64,000 nt of DNA, from contig CAZNWC010000008.1 of the NCBI GenBank assembly GCA_964577055.1, positions 32,673-96,672 of the forward strand, read 5' to 3'. The notes below the pieces were generated by a model. That model saw nothing but the letters and a program-made list of their open reading frames with translations, was not told where the DNA came from and made no database searches. The translations under genes and the position numbers were made by a program. Below are positions 47,924 through 58,182 of this stretch, one piece after another; positions within the stretch are counted from its first letter, which is position 1; each line of letters starts with the position of its first letter. Source of the stretch: an uncultured Chitinophaga sp. GTDB taxonomy: Bacteria; Bacteroidota; Bacteroidia; UBA7662.

Positions 47924-47955
47924 CTGTTTATATCCTTTGCAACTGCTCCCATTGG

Positions 47956-48945
47956 ATGCTATTTTCGGAGATGCAAAAGTTCCGGGCGTGTTTACTCTTT
48001 TTGTTTTTCGTTTGGCCGACCACTCCTGCCGGAAGTTGGGGTTTTTGGGCGCACCGTCAAATCAACAGGGTAGCGGTTTTTACCCTGCCAGAGGAAATAT
48101 TTCCATTCTTCAGGCACCATATTGAATACCTCACCGCGCATGCCACCGATCCCGACAGCAGAAGGAGTGCTGTACCGGAAGAAGCACCGCGACATTACAT
48201 TGATCTTGATTATTACGGCACTTACCCCTTCGACAGCCTTCCCCGACGTTGGTTGGATGCGGTTGCGCGTTACTCAGAAGATACCCTGCAGGCCTACGGC
48301 ATTGTTCCCTGGCATGTGCAGCGCATGTACTATCGCTTGGTGGAAGCCTATAAGGAAGGCGATAAAGAACGGATTTTAAAAACCTGTGCTGACCTCGGAC
48401 ATTATGTGGCCGACGCACATGTACCCTTGCATGCCACCTTGAACTACAACGGTCAACTCACCAACCAGCATGGCATACACAGTTTGTTGGAGTCGCGCAT
48501 ACCAGAACTTTTTCATGCGAACTTCGACTTCGTGGTAGGGCCTGCACCCTTGTTTGCCAATCCCCTCAACCGTATTTGGGAGGTTGTGCTGCAGAGTGCA
48601 GCTGCGGTAGACACGGTTTTTGCGGCTGAAATGCAGGTGAGGGCTATCATTCCCGAAGCGGAGCGGCATGTGTACGAAGAACGAAATGGTCGCCGGAACA
48701 AGGTTTACAGCCGCGATTACGCTGCATTATATCATACACAATTGAATGGATTGGTTGAACGCAGGCTCCGCCAGTCGATTTTGGCGGTAGGAAGCTTTTG
48801 GTATTCTGCCTGGGTAGATGCCGGCCAACCCGACTTGAATCCACTGCTCAAAGGCAGTCTCCCTGAAGGTGATAGCACCCAAATTGCCATTGAAATGTTG
48901 CGTTACCGGCAAGGGATGTGGCTGGGTCGTCCGGAGGCAGATTAG
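47956..48945 (+). CDS. secreted S1/P1 nuclease / zinc-dependent phospholipase C family protein
   Basis: Mature N-terminus 'WGFWAH', 'HYIDLD', 'GHYVADAHVPLH', 'GIHSLLES'. Confidence 0.85.
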   Translation: MLFSEMQKFRACLLFLFFVWPTTPAGSWGFWAHRQINRVAVFTLPEEIFPFFRHHIEYLTAHATDPDSRRSAVPEEAPRHYIDLDYYGTYPFDSLPRRWLDAVARYSEDTLQAYGIVPWHVQRMYYRLVEAYKEGDKERILKTCADLGHYVADAHVPLHATLNYNGQLTNQHGIHSLLESRIPELFHANFDFVVGPAPLFANPLNRIWEVVLQSAAAVDTVFAAEMQVRAIIPEAERHVYEERNGRRNKVYSRDYAALYHTQLNGLVERRLRQSILAVGSFWYSAWVDAGQPDLNPLLKGSLPEGDSTQIAIEMLRYRQGMWLGRPEAD

Positions 48946-49379
48946 GGTATAGGCAGGCTGTCGTCGAGCGGCTGTCCCAATACACTGCTGTCGGTAGCCA
49001 ATGGCAAATGGGCAATCACTTCGATGCTCACAACACCAAATCCTGTTCTCAAAATGCCTAAGTCGCGTGCACCGGCTTTGCTCAAATCAATGATGTGCGG
49101 CGATCGTTTCGACATACGATCGTTGATGATTACCTCTACGCATTGTCCATTTTCGCGGTTCGTAACTTTTACACGTGTTCCCAGTGGCAGCGATTTATGA
49201 GCAGCAGTATAATTTTTTTGTCGAAATACTTGTCCGTTTGCTGTTCTCCGCCCTTCAAATTTATCGGCATAGTACGAGGCGGTGCCATACAATTCGAAGG
49301 AATTGCCTGGAATGGGTTGTACCTGTGCCGGCAAAAGCAGGTGCGCGAAAAGCAAAAACAGAACGAAACAGATTCGCAT
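48942..49379 (-). CDS. rlpA: septal ring lytic transglycosylase RlpA family
   Basis: 'ASYY...GRRTANG', 'TAAHKSLP', 'INDR', 'IIDLS'. Confidence 0.9.
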   Translation of the reverse strand: MRICFVLFLLFAHLLLPAQVQPIPGNSFELYGTASYYADKFEGRRTANGQVFRQKNYTAAHKSLPLGTRVKVTNRENGQCVEVIINDRMSKRSPHIIDLSKAGARDLGILRTGFGVVSIEVIAHLPLATDSSVLGQPLDDSLPIP

Positions 49380-49417
49380 GGGCTGTGTAGCTTTGCGTGA
49401 AGTTAGTATATTTTGCC

Positions 49418-49870
49418 ATGGAGTTAATGCAAACCATCAACGAGGCCCTCAAATCGGCCATGAAAGAAAAAGACCAAGTACAATTGCGTGCGCTGCGAGC
49501 TATTAAATCGGCCTTGTTGCTGGCGCAAACAGAAAAAGCTGGTGCGGTGATTGACGCTGCCCGTGAAATCCAGGTATTGCAAAAGTTGGCCAAGCAGCGG
49601 CGCGATAGCATGGCCATCTTCGCAGAGCAGAACCGGACCGATTTGTTTTTGCGGGAGCAGGAGGAATTGCAAGTCATCGAAACCTTTTTGCCTGCATCGC
49701 TCGATGAAGCTGAAATCAAAAGGCGCATCGCCACATTAGCAGCATCGGTGGGTGCTACAGGGATGGCCGATTTAGCGAAACTCATGCCCGTTGCCATGAA
49801 AGCACTAGCCGGAGAGGCCGATAACAAGGCCATTGCCGATGCAGTGAAGCAAATACTCGGAGGCAAGTGA
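49418..49870 (+). CDS. GatB/YqeY domain protein
   Basis: 'LKSAMKEKD...LRAIKSA', 'KQRRDS', 'E...I..FLP'; TAGCTTTG at 49388. Confidence 0.9.
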   Translation: MELMQTINEALKSAMKEKDQVQLRALRAIKSALLLAQTEKAGAVIDAAREIQVLQKLAKQRRDSMAIFAEQNRTDLFLREQEELQVIETFLPASLDEAEIKRRIATLAASVGATGMADLAKLMPVAMKALAGEADNKAIADAVKQILGGK

Positions 49871-50409
49871 ACTGGCTCGATTATCTTTTGCTACTGGCGT
49901 TGGCCTGGGGGGCTTTTAGGGGAGGGATAAAGGGATTTGCTGTAACAGTGAGTTCATTGTTGGCACTCTACCTGGCAGTTATTTTGGGATTTAAAGGCAT
50001 GCATCTGGCCACAGCTTGGCTGAGCGCACAATTTGGTTGGCAAACACCCTGGCTTCCTTTCATAGGTTTTCTGAGTGCTTTTGTATTGGTTTTTGCTGGA
50101 GTGATTTTGCTCGGACGAACCTTCGATCGTTTATTCAAAGCAGCAGCCTTGGGTTGGGCCAATCGTTTGGCAGGGGCTGCATTTGGCATCTTACAATGGG
50201 TGTTGGTTGCCGGCACCTTGTTGTGGCTGATCGACCAGGTTCAACTCCTTGAGCCAGAAGTAAAACACAGCAGCAAATTGTATGGGCCCGTTTATGGGGT
50301 TGCACGCTACAGTTGGGAAATACTAGAAGGTCTTTGGCCAGCAGTTGGCAATTGGATGACCGAAATCGATCAGCAGTTCGATGCACTAACCCAAGCCGCA
50401 AAGCCATGA
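49867..50409 (+). CDS. cvpA: CvpA family membrane protein
   Basis: 'MNWLD....', 'G..KGF', 'NRLAGAAFG', 'SKLY'. Confidence 0.85.
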   Translation: MNWLDYLLLLALAWGAFRGGIKGFAVTVSSLLALYLAVILGFKGMHLATAWLSAQFGWQTPWLPFIGFLSAFVLVFAGVILLGRTFDRLFKAAALGWANRLAGAAFGILQWVLVAGTLLWLIDQVQLLEPEVKHSSKLYGPVYGVARYSWEILEGLWPAVGNWMTEIDQQFDALTQAAKP

Positions 50410-50972
50410 AGCGTGTCCTGCTGGTCGATAATTTTGATTCTTTTACCTACAATCTGGTGCACCAAATTGAAATTGCGGGTGCTCAATGTCAAGTATTGCG
50501 CAACAATGATCCGCAACTGCTGCAAGGTGAGTGGCAAGCCGATGCGGTACTGCTTTCACCGGGGCCTTGCACCCCAGCTGAAGCTGGAGTTTTGATGCCT
50601 TTTATTGCAAAACACCATCAAAACTTACCCTTTTTGGGCATTTGCCTCGGCCACCAGGCCCTTGGTATGTTTTTCGGTGCCCGCCTGACCAGAGCTCCCC
50701 GCCCCATGCATGGGAAGACTTCGGTGTTAAGGACTACCCAAGACCCATGGATTGCTGCTGCAGGCCCACAACCCGAGGTAATGCGTTATCATTCGCTGGT
50801 TTTGACCGATCTGCCTGCCATCTTATTGCCCCTCGCTTGGAGTGACGACCATTGCCTCATGGCTTTCCGGCATGCCCAGCTGCCCTTGTACGGCCTGCAA
50901 TTTCATCCTGAGTCGGTAGGAAGCAGAACAGGTCAGGAGTTGGTTACTGCATTTGTTAAGCAAATAGGCTAA
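50406..50972 (+). CDS. anthranilate/aminodeoxychorismate synthase component II (TrpG/PabA)
   Basis: 'DNFDSFTYNL', 'SPGPC', 'GICLGHQ', 'RYHSL', 'QFHPES'; ATG 50406. Confidence 0.92.
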   Translation: MKRVLLVDNFDSFTYNLVHQIEIAGAQCQVLRNNDPQLLQGEWQADAVLLSPGPCTPAEAGVLMPFIAKHHQNLPFLGICLGHQALGMFFGARLTRAPRPMHGKTSVLRTTQDPWIAAAGPQPEVMRYHSLVLTDLPAILLPLAWSDDHCLMAFRHAQLPLYGLQFHPESVGSRTGQELVTAFVKQIG

Positions 50973-51023
50973 TTTTGCAAATCGTATTGAACACATGCAA
51001 GCCGAAGCTTGTTATACTGCCTC

Positions 51024-51686
51024 ATGAACGTTAGTGAAATCCATAGCACACTGGTGCCTGTACTCAAACCCACCGACATGGCACGATTTGCCATGGACCG
51101 TATGCTTGAGTCGCGCTTGTTTGATCTGCCTGTGGTAGACGAGCAGGGTAGCTATTTGGGCTTGGTGGGATATGAAACGCTTGAAGACCTTAACGAGACT
51201 TCACCGATTGAAGCATGCCGTCCAGATTGGCAGCCGGTGAGTGTACGCGCCGAGGATGCAGTATTGCGTTTGCTCAATGGTTTTCAAAACGACCAGCTCA
51301 CTGCCATGCCGGTAGTCGATGAGCAAGGTTTGTACCTTTATGCCGTTCAAATTCACGACTTGGTGGTGTGGATGGCCGCCCAAAGCATGTTGTCGCAGCC
51401 TGGGGGACTCCTCACCCTTTTGGTCAATGCCAACAATTATTCATTGTCGGAAATCGCCAGGATTGCCGAAAGCAACAATGGCTCGATTGTTAATTTGCGC
51501 ATTTCGGAAGCAGGTGAACCCGAGCAAATGTTGGTACATCTAAAATTTAACTTGGTCGACCTTACCTATGTAATGGCTACCTTTGAGCGATTTGGTTACA
51601 ACATTGTGGCATTTCATCACCAGTCGCATCTCGATGATTTTTACACCGAGCGATATGATGCCTTGATGCGGTACCTCGACATTTAA
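51024..51686 (+). CDS. CBS domain protein
   Basis: Two 'PVVDEQG.YL' CBS repeats, C-terminal 'FERFGY...RYDALMRYLDI'; precedes NAD kinase; TAATTTTG at 50970. Confidence 0.88.
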   Translation: MNVSEIHSTLVPVLKPTDMARFAMDRMLESRLFDLPVVDEQGSYLGLVGYETLEDLNETSPIEACRPDWQPVSVRAEDAVLRLLNGFQNDQLTAMPVVDEQGLYLYAVQIHDLVVWMAAQSMLSQPGGLLTLLVNANNYSLSEIARIAESNNGSIVNLRISEAGEPEQMLVHLKFNLVDLTYVMATFERFGYNIVAFHHQSHLDDFYTERYDALMRYLDI

Positions 51687-51689
51687 TGC

Positions 51690-52574
51690 ATGCGTATTGC
51701 CATTTATGGTCGTGTTCTGCAACAAGAGCAGCACGATCACTTGATTAAATTAATCGAAGCTTTTTTAAAGGCGGGTGCTGAACTTACCCTGTACCAGCCC
51801 ATTGCCTCGGCTTTGCAAGATTCTGCCAAAATTGGTCATGTGCCTGTTTTTTCGGCACAATCGGATTTGGATCCTGGACTTGATTTTTTCGTTACCATTG
51901 GTGGAGATGGGACTTTGCTCGACGCAGTGAGTTGGGTAAGAGACCGTGGTATCCCGGTTTTGGGCATTAATTTCGGTCGTTTGGGTTTTCTTACGTCGGT
52001 GGCCCCCTCGCGCGTGAAAGAAGCAGTGGATCAGCTGATGCGGGGGCAGTATACCATCGAAAAGCGCAGCATGGTGCGTTTGCATACTTCGGCAGGTTTG
52101 TTCGGCAAGACCAATTATGCACTCAATGAATTCGCCATCCACAAAAAAGACATTGCCAGCATGATCAAAATAAAGGCCTATGTCGATGGCGAAATGATGA
52201 ACAGCTATTATGCCGATGGATTGGTTGTGGCCACTCCAACAGGTTCCACCGGATATTCCATCAGTTGCGGTGGTCCCATTATATTGCCCGAAAGCCCGGT
52301 TTTGGTCATTACGCCCGTAGCGCCACATAATTTAAATGTACGTCCAGTAGTTGTTCCCGACCATGCCCATTTGGCCTTTGAAGTGGAAGGAATGGGCGAT
52401 CAGTTTTTGGCATCGCTCGACGCTCGCACGGCCAATATTGGAAGCGACCTGCGGATGGAGATCACCCGAAATCCATTTGATTTTCTCTTGGTTAGGCTAA
52501 GCGACAGCACCCATTTGAGAACCCTTCGGAGCAAGTTGCTTTGGGGCATTGACAAGCGGAATGCTGGCAGTTAA
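51690..52574 (+). CDS. nadK: NAD kinase
   Basis: 'GGDGTLL', 'GINFGRLGFL', 'ALNE', 'ATPTGSTGY'. Confidence 0.96.
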   Translation: MRIAIYGRVLQQEQHDHLIKLIEAFLKAGAELTLYQPIASALQDSAKIGHVPVFSAQSDLDPGLDFFVTIGGDGTLLDAVSWVRDRGIPVLGINFGRLGFLTSVAPSRVKEAVDQLMRGQYTIEKRSMVRLHTSAGLFGKTNYALNEFAIHKKDIASMIKIKAYVDGEMMNSYYADGLVVATPTGSTGYSISCGGPIILPESPVLVITPVAPHNLNVRPVVVPDHAHLAFEVEGMGDQFLASLDARTANIGSDLRMEITRNPFDFLLVRLSDSTHLRTLRSKLLWGIDKRNAGS

Positions 52575-52697
52575 TGGGGTGTTTTTTTGAGTAAAAGCGC
52601 TATTATTGAGGGCAATTGAAGGAAAATCCAATTTGTTCCGCTTATATTCGTTTTTCGATTAACGATTATTCAAGCAATTAAGCACAAAATCTGCTGC

Positions 52698-53525
52698 ATG
52701 GCAAAATATCTTGCGGGGTTCATTCTCGTGTGTTTCAGTTTGTTGGAGGCTTCTGCTCAGCGGGTTGAATATGGAGTAAATGGCTTCGGGACTACCTATT
52801 TTGGAGAGTTAAACAATTCAACTACCTTTTTGAACAATCTTCGATTTGGTGGGGGAGTGCATGTAAGAAGACACCTGAATCCTTGGTGGAGCTTGCGTGG
52901 TGATGTGAACTGGGGCCGAATTGCTGGTGCTGATAACCTCGCTGGAGCGGTTACAAATCCCCGTAATCTGAGCTTTAGAAGCGATATAGTAGAATTTACA
53001 GGCATTTTGGAATACCGGTTCAGGGAAATTGGCCATCGCCGAAACGATTACAAAATGACACCTTACCTGTTTGGTGGTCTGAATTTATTTCGGTTCAATC
53101 CAAAGGCCCAATACCAAAATGAATGGTATGATTTGAAGCCATTGAGCACAGAAGGACAAGGGTTGCTCGAGTATCCCGATAACGCGCCATATGCGCTTAC
53201 CCAACTGGGCATTCCCTTGGGTGCAGGTTTGCGTTTTGCATTGAACAGATATTGGCGCTTGAGCTTTGAAGCCGGCTACCGCTATACCAATACCGATTAT
53301 CTCGACGACGTGAGTGGTTTGTATATCAATGCCGACATTTTGCGTGCAAATCGTGGTCCTTTGGCGGCGCTACTGGCCGACCGCCGTGGTGAATTGGGCC
53401 CAAATGCAACACCTGCTGTTGCAGGCACATTCAGGGGCTCACCACGCGATCTTGATGCCTTCATGTATGTTGGCTTTTCGCTCAGTTATGTGGTTTATCG
53501 TAAAACTTGTCCGCGGTGGAAATGA
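52698..53525 (+). CDS. DUF6089/PorG-like outer membrane beta-barrel protein
   Basis: 'YFGEL', 'RNLSF.S', 'TEGQG', 'IPLGAG', 'TDYLDDVS'; position upstream of uppS. Confidence 0.72.
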   Translation: MAKYLAGFILVCFSLLEASAQRVEYGVNGFGTTYFGELNNSTTFLNNLRFGGGVHVRRHLNPWWSLRGDVNWGRIAGADNLAGAVTNPRNLSFRSDIVEFTGILEYRFREIGHRRNDYKMTPYLFGGLNLFRFNPKAQYQNEWYDLKPLSTEGQGLLEYPDNAPYALTQLGIPLGAGLRFALNRYWRLSFEAGYRYTNTDYLDDVSGLYINADILRANRGPLAALLADRRGELGPNATPAVAGTFRGSPRDLDAFMYVGFSLSYVVYRKTCPRWK

Positions 53526-54346
53526 TGAAAAAGACAGCGCTGGCGCTTGTTTTCTGGCTTTTGGCCCAGGGTAGTTTATGTGCTCAAATCTATGATTACG
53601 GCATTTCTGGCGGCATAGGAGGTTATGTTGGCGATTTGCAACCTTTTGTAAGCGCCACCAATGTAAAACCAGGTTGGAGTGTGTGGTTCAAATACAACCT
53701 CAATCCACATTGGGGAGGAAGGGTAGGTTATATGACTACCGACATTGGTGCCAATGATCGCGACGGCAATACGCTTTGGCAAGTGAACCGAAATCTGAGC
53801 TTTAACACCTACGTTGCAGAATTGTATGCAACAGTAGAGTTCAACTTTTTGCGATACATCACCGGCCACAAGAAGTACAACCACACACCCTTCGTATTTG
53901 CAGGTTTGTCACGCTTTAGGTTCAATCCAACTACCACCATCAATGGTCAGCTGGTTGAATTGCAACCACTGGGTACCGAAGGGCAAGGGCTTGATCAATT
54001 TCCTGGTCGCGATTATTACAGTTTGACCAGCTTTGCCATTCCTTTGGGTATTGGCTACCGGTGGAATTTTTATAAGTTTCACAGCCTGCAGTTCGAACTT
54101 GGCGCACGATATGCCTTTACCGATTATATCGACGATGTAAGCCTCACTTATCCGGGAGCCGATTTAATGCTTTCGGAGCGTGGTCCCTTGGCCGCGAATT
54201 TGTCGGACAGATCAGGGGAATTGAACATTCCTTTGCGTGAACCATTCAGTCAGAGAGGCATCAATACCTTCAATGATACCTACTGGTATGCCGGGTTGAG
54301 TTACATTTTTACAATAAATTCGGGGAGATGTCCCCGATTTAGGTAA
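53522..54346 (+). CDS. DUF6089/PorG-like outer membrane beta-barrel protein (paralog)
   Basis: 'YVGDL', 'RNLSF', 'TEGQG', 'IPLGIG', 'TDYIDDVS'; ATGA overlap. Confidence 0.72.
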   Translation: MMKKTALALVFWLLAQGSLCAQIYDYGISGGIGGYVGDLQPFVSATNVKPGWSVWFKYNLNPHWGGRVGYMTTDIGANDRDGNTLWQVNRNLSFNTYVAELYATVEFNFLRYITGHKKYNHTPFVFAGLSRFRFNPTTTINGQLVELQPLGTEGQGLDQFPGRDYYSLTSFAIPLGIGYRWNFYKFHSLQFELGARYAFTDYIDDVSLTYPGADLMLSERGPLAANLSDRSGELNIPLREPFSQRGINTFNDTYWYAGLSYIFTINSGRCPRFR

Positions 54347-54370
54347 TTTTGCCTTTTCGCAAAAAACACA

Positions 54371-55117
54371 ATGTCTTTAGCTGAAATAATTGATCGGGAA
54401 CGACTTCCGAAGCACATTGCTGTCATCATGGATGGCAATGGCAGGTGGGCGAACAGCCAGGGACAGCACCGCATTTTTGGTCATCAAAACGGTGTTCGGG
54501 CTGTGCGGAACACCACTGAAGCCTGCGCTGAGTTGGGTGTAGAATACCTTACGCTCTATACCTTTTCCACCGAGAATTGGGCACGTCCGATCGAAGAAGT
54601 GAATGCTTTGATGGAATTGCTGGTAGCCACCATCAAGGCAGAAACCGATACACTCATGAAAAACCAAATCAAATTGGTTGCATTTGGTGAACTCGACAAA
54701 TTGCCACCGGCTTGCAGACGACAACTTGAAGAAACCATCGAAACAACCAGTCAGAACCAACATTTGCAGTTGAATTTGGCGCTGAGTTATTCTTCGCGTT
54801 GGGAATTGGTGCAAACGGTTCAGCAAATTGCAGCCGATGTCAAGTCGGGTGCGTTGGAGATCAACGATATTACCGAAGACCTAATCAGCAGAAAGCTCAT
54901 TACTGCCGATATTCCTGATCCTGAACTCTTGATCCGCACCAGTGGTGAACAACGGATTTCAAACTTTTTACTTTGGCAATTGGCGTATACGGAGCTATAT
55001 TTTACGGAGACTTTTTGGCCTGACTTCGAAAAAGATGATTTATACAAGGCTATCATAGACTATCAGGCACGTGAACGACGTTTTGGGAAAACGAGCGATC
55101 AAATTCGAATCAGTTAA
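54371..55117 (+). CDS. uppS: undecaprenyl diphosphate synthase
   Basis: 'HIAVIMDGNGRWA', 'FSTENW.RP', 'IRTSGEQRISNFLLWQ'. Confidence 0.97.
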   Translation: MSLAEIIDRERLPKHIAVIMDGNGRWANSQGQHRIFGHQNGVRAVRNTTEACAELGVEYLTLYTFSTENWARPIEEVNALMELLVATIKAETDTLMKNQIKLVAFGELDKLPPACRRQLEETIETTSQNQHLQLNLALSYSSRWELVQTVQQIAADVKSGALEINDITEDLISRKLITADIPDPELLIRTSGEQRISNFLLWQLAYTELYFTETFWPDFEKDDLYKAIIDYQARERRFGKTSDQIRIS

Positions 55118-57621
55118 TGTCGTTGAAATCTTTTCTTTTTGTTTTGGCAACCGGATTGCTCCTGTGTGGCCAGTTGTTCGCTCAAGTACGTTTGGGAGCC
55201 TATGAGGTAGACTATAAAAACCCCAAAGAATACACGATTGGTGGCATTCGTGTAGAAGGCACCCAATTTTTAGACAAGGAAGTACTCATCATGCTTTCGG
55301 GCTTGCGGGTAGGCGACAAAGTGGTTGTACCTGGCGAAAAGTTTAGCAAAGCCATTCAAAATTTGTGGAAGCAGGGCTTGTTTGGCGATGTGAGTATTGA
55401 GGTTGAGCGCGTGGAAGGCGAAACGGTGTTTTTGATTTACCAGCTCGAAGAGAAGCCACGTTTGTCACGTTTTGCTTTTAGCAGAAACCTGAAAAAGGGC
55501 CAGGTTGAGGACTTGAATGAAAAGCTGAAAATTTACAAGGGAAAGATTGTTACCGAAAATCTCAAGGTTACTTCAACGGCAATCATCCGTGATTTTTATA
55601 CTGAGAAGGGATATTGGGATGTAAAGGTGGAAATGACTGAGCAAGTCGACACCAATATGTTGAATGCGGTGGTGATGCGTGTGACGGTAACCCCCGGCAA
55701 AAAGGTGAAGGTTGGAGAAATCCGATTCCAAGGAAATCAGGCGCTTACCGACAGGAAGCTCAAAAAGCTCATGAAGGGAACCAAGGAATACCAGGCCTGG
55801 AATATTTTCAGAGGAGCCAAATTCCAGGAAGAAAAGTACGAAGAGGATAAACAAAAGATCTTGTCGAAGTACCAGGCCGAAGGATACCGGGATGCACGCA
55901 TTGTTCGCGATTCGGTTTTCCGGAATGTCGATAATCGTTTCGCCATTTATGTGCAGGTGGAAGAAGGCAAGAAATATTACTTCCGCGACATCAACTTTAC
56001 GGGCAACAGCCTCTATCCCGATTCGATTTTGTACAAGGTACTGGGTATTGAAAGGGGGGACGTGTACAACAACGAAACGCTGACCAGCAGACTGCAAATT
56101 GATCCAAATGGTCAGGATATTTCCAGCTTGTATATGGACAATGGATATCTGTTTTTCAATATCCAACCCGTAGAAGTAAAGGTGGAGGGCGATTCGATTG
56201 ACTTGGAAATACGCATCTACGAAGGCTCGCAAGCCATCATCAACAAGGTTACGGTGATTGGCAATGACAAAACGAGTGACCATGTGATTATTCGTGAATT
56301 GCGTACCCGTCCGGGACAGAAATTCAGCAGGGGCGACATCATGCGTACCACACGCGAATTAAGTCAATTGGGTTATTTCGACCCTGAGCAGTTGGGGGTA
56401 GTGCCAACGCCCAATCCAACGAATGGTACGGTGGATATCGAATACAAGGTAGTAGAACGATCAAACGACCAGGTAGAGTTGTCGGGAGGATGGGGCGCAG
56501 GTCAAGTAGTTGGCTCTCTTGGGTTGGTGCTGAATAATTTCAGTGCGCGCAAATTTTTCGATAAGAATGCCTGGCGGCCGGTACCTTCGGGCGACGGTCA
56601 ACGGGCCAGTATCCGCATTCAGTCGAATGGTCGTTTTTTCCAGTCGTACAATTTGTCGTTTACCGAACCATGGCTGGGAGGTAAGAAGCCCAATGCGCTC
56701 ACGGTAAGTGCTTATTCCTCTATTCAGTCGAATGGTGTTCCGAAAGGAGATTCTCGTCGTCAATCGACCACCATCAATGGGGTGAGTGTTAGCTTGGGCA
56801 AGCGTCTTACGGTGCCGGATGACTTTTTCACCTTGGTACACTCGGTGAACTATCAGCAGTTTGTGCTGAACAACAGTGTTGCCACTGCTTATTTGCAAAA
56901 TGGTATTTCCAACAGCTTTTTCTTCAGAGAAACGCTTTCACGCAACAGCATCGACCAACCTATTTATCCGCGGAGTGGTTCGAGTGTAACCTTGACCATG
57001 CAGTTCACTCCGCCCTACAGTTTGTTGGGTAGAAAGAGCTTTAACGAATTGCCTACCGATCAGCGTTATCGTTGGATTGAATACCACAAATGGCGCTTCG
57101 ACAGCCAATATTATCTCAAATTGGTGGGCGATTTGGTGTTGATGAGTCGCGTTCAATACGGCTTTTTGGGCAATTACGACCGCAACTACGGCAATGTGCC
57201 CTTTGGCCGCTTTTTCGTAGGTGGCGATGGTATCATGGGCTTCAACCTCGACGACCGTGAATTGATTGGCTTGCGGGGTTATCAGAATTTCTCGCTAACG
57301 CCCAACGACCCGATAACCGGTCAAACCAATGTAGGGGCAACAGCATTCCAGAAGTACACCATGGAATTGAGGTATCCGATTACCCTCAATCCAAGCGCAA
57401 CCATTTATGTAACAAGCTTCTTGGAAGCGGGCAATAGTTTTTTCAAGGTGAAAGATTTTCAACCCTTCAACAACTTTAGGGCGGCCGGTGCGGGTGTGCG
57501 GGTGTTTTTGCCCATGTTTGGTTTGTTAGGGGTGGATTGGGGTTATGGTTTTGATCCTGTGCCAGGCAGAGACGGGGCCAACAAAGGCAATATTCACATT
57601 TCAATTGGTCAGCAATTTTAA
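55117..57621 (+). CDS. bamA: outer membrane protein assembly factor BamA
   Basis: POTRA repeats, 'FTEPWLGG', 'LRGY', C-terminal 'HISIGQQF'. Confidence 0.95.
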   Translation: MSLKSFLFVLATGLLLCGQLFAQVRLGAYEVDYKNPKEYTIGGIRVEGTQFLDKEVLIMLSGLRVGDKVVVPGEKFSKAIQNLWKQGLFGDVSIEVERVEGETVFLIYQLEEKPRLSRFAFSRNLKKGQVEDLNEKLKIYKGKIVTENLKVTSTAIIRDFYTEKGYWDVKVEMTEQVDTNMLNAVVMRVTVTPGKKVKVGEIRFQGNQALTDRKLKKLMKGTKEYQAWNIFRGAKFQEEKYEEDKQKILSKYQAEGYRDARIVRDSVFRNVDNRFAIYVQVEEGKKYYFRDINFTGNSLYPDSILYKVLGIERGDVYNNETLTSRLQIDPNGQDISSLYMDNGYLFFNIQPVEVKVEGDSIDLEIRIYEGSQAIINKVTVIGNDKTSDHVIIRELRTRPGQKFSRGDIMRTTRELSQLGYFDPEQLGVVPTPNPTNGTVDIEYKVVERSNDQVELSGGWGAGQVVGSLGLVLNNFSARKFFDKNAWRPVPSGDGQRASIRIQSNGRFFQSYNLSFTEPWLGGKKPNALTVSAYSSIQSNGVPKGDSRRQSTTINGVSVSLGKRLTVPDDFFTLVHSVNYQQFVLNNSVATAYLQNGISNSFFFRETLSRNSIDQPIYPRSGSSVTLTMQFTPPYSLLGRKSFNELPTDQRYRWIEYHKWRFDSQYYLKLVGDLVLMSRVQYGFLGNYDRNYGNVPFGRFFVGGDGIMGFNLDDRELIGLRGYQNFSLTPNDPITGQTNVGATAFQKYTMELRYPITLNPSATIYVTSFLEAGNSFFKVKDFQPFNNFRAAGAGVRVFLPMFGLLGVDWGYGFDPVPGRDGANKGNIHISIGQQF

Positions 57622-57625
57622 GCCG

Positions 57626-58174
57626 ATGTGGAAGAAACTCATTTATGGCACGCTTTTTATCTTGCTGCAGGCAGCAACTGTACATGCACAGCGATTCGCG
57701 TATATTGATAGCGAGTACATCTTAAGTGAAATGCCCGAGTACAAGGCGGCACAAAACGAATTGGATGTATTGGCTGAGCAGTGGTCGAAGGAACTTGCAG
57801 AAAAAAGGAAAGAAGTAGAGCGTTTGTACCGTGCACTGAAAGCCGAGCAGGTGTTGTTAACCGAAAGCATGAAAAAAGAACGGGAGGCCGAAATCAAACA
57901 AAAAGAACAAGAAATTGACGAATTGCAGCGTAAGCGTTTTGGATTTGAAGGGGAATTGTTTCAAAAACAAAAGGAACTGATCAAGCCAATTCAAGATAAG
58001 ATTTACGATGGCGTTCAAAAATATGCCCGAGATAAGGGATATGACATTATTTTTGACCGCTCGGGTGATTTTACCATGTTGTACGCCAATAGTCGTTTGG
58101 ATAAAAGCGACGAAGTGATGGAAACCATGGGAGTTGCCCGAAAAACCACCAAACCAAGAACAGAAAGAAAATAA
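57626..58174 (+). CDS. skp: OmpH/Skp periplasmic chaperone
   Basis: 'AQRFAYIDSEYIL..MPEY', 'LIKPIQDKI', 'YDIIFD'; ATG 57626. Confidence 0.92.
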   Translation: MWKKLIYGTLFILLQAATVHAQRFAYIDSEYILSEMPEYKAAQNELDVLAEQWSKELAEKRKEVERLYRALKAEQVLLTESMKKEREAEIKQKEQEIDELQRKRFGFEGELFQKQKELIKPIQDKIYDGVQKYARDKGYDIIFDRSGDFTMLYANSRLDKSDEVMETMGVARKTTKPRTERK

Positions 58175-58182
58175 TTTAGACC

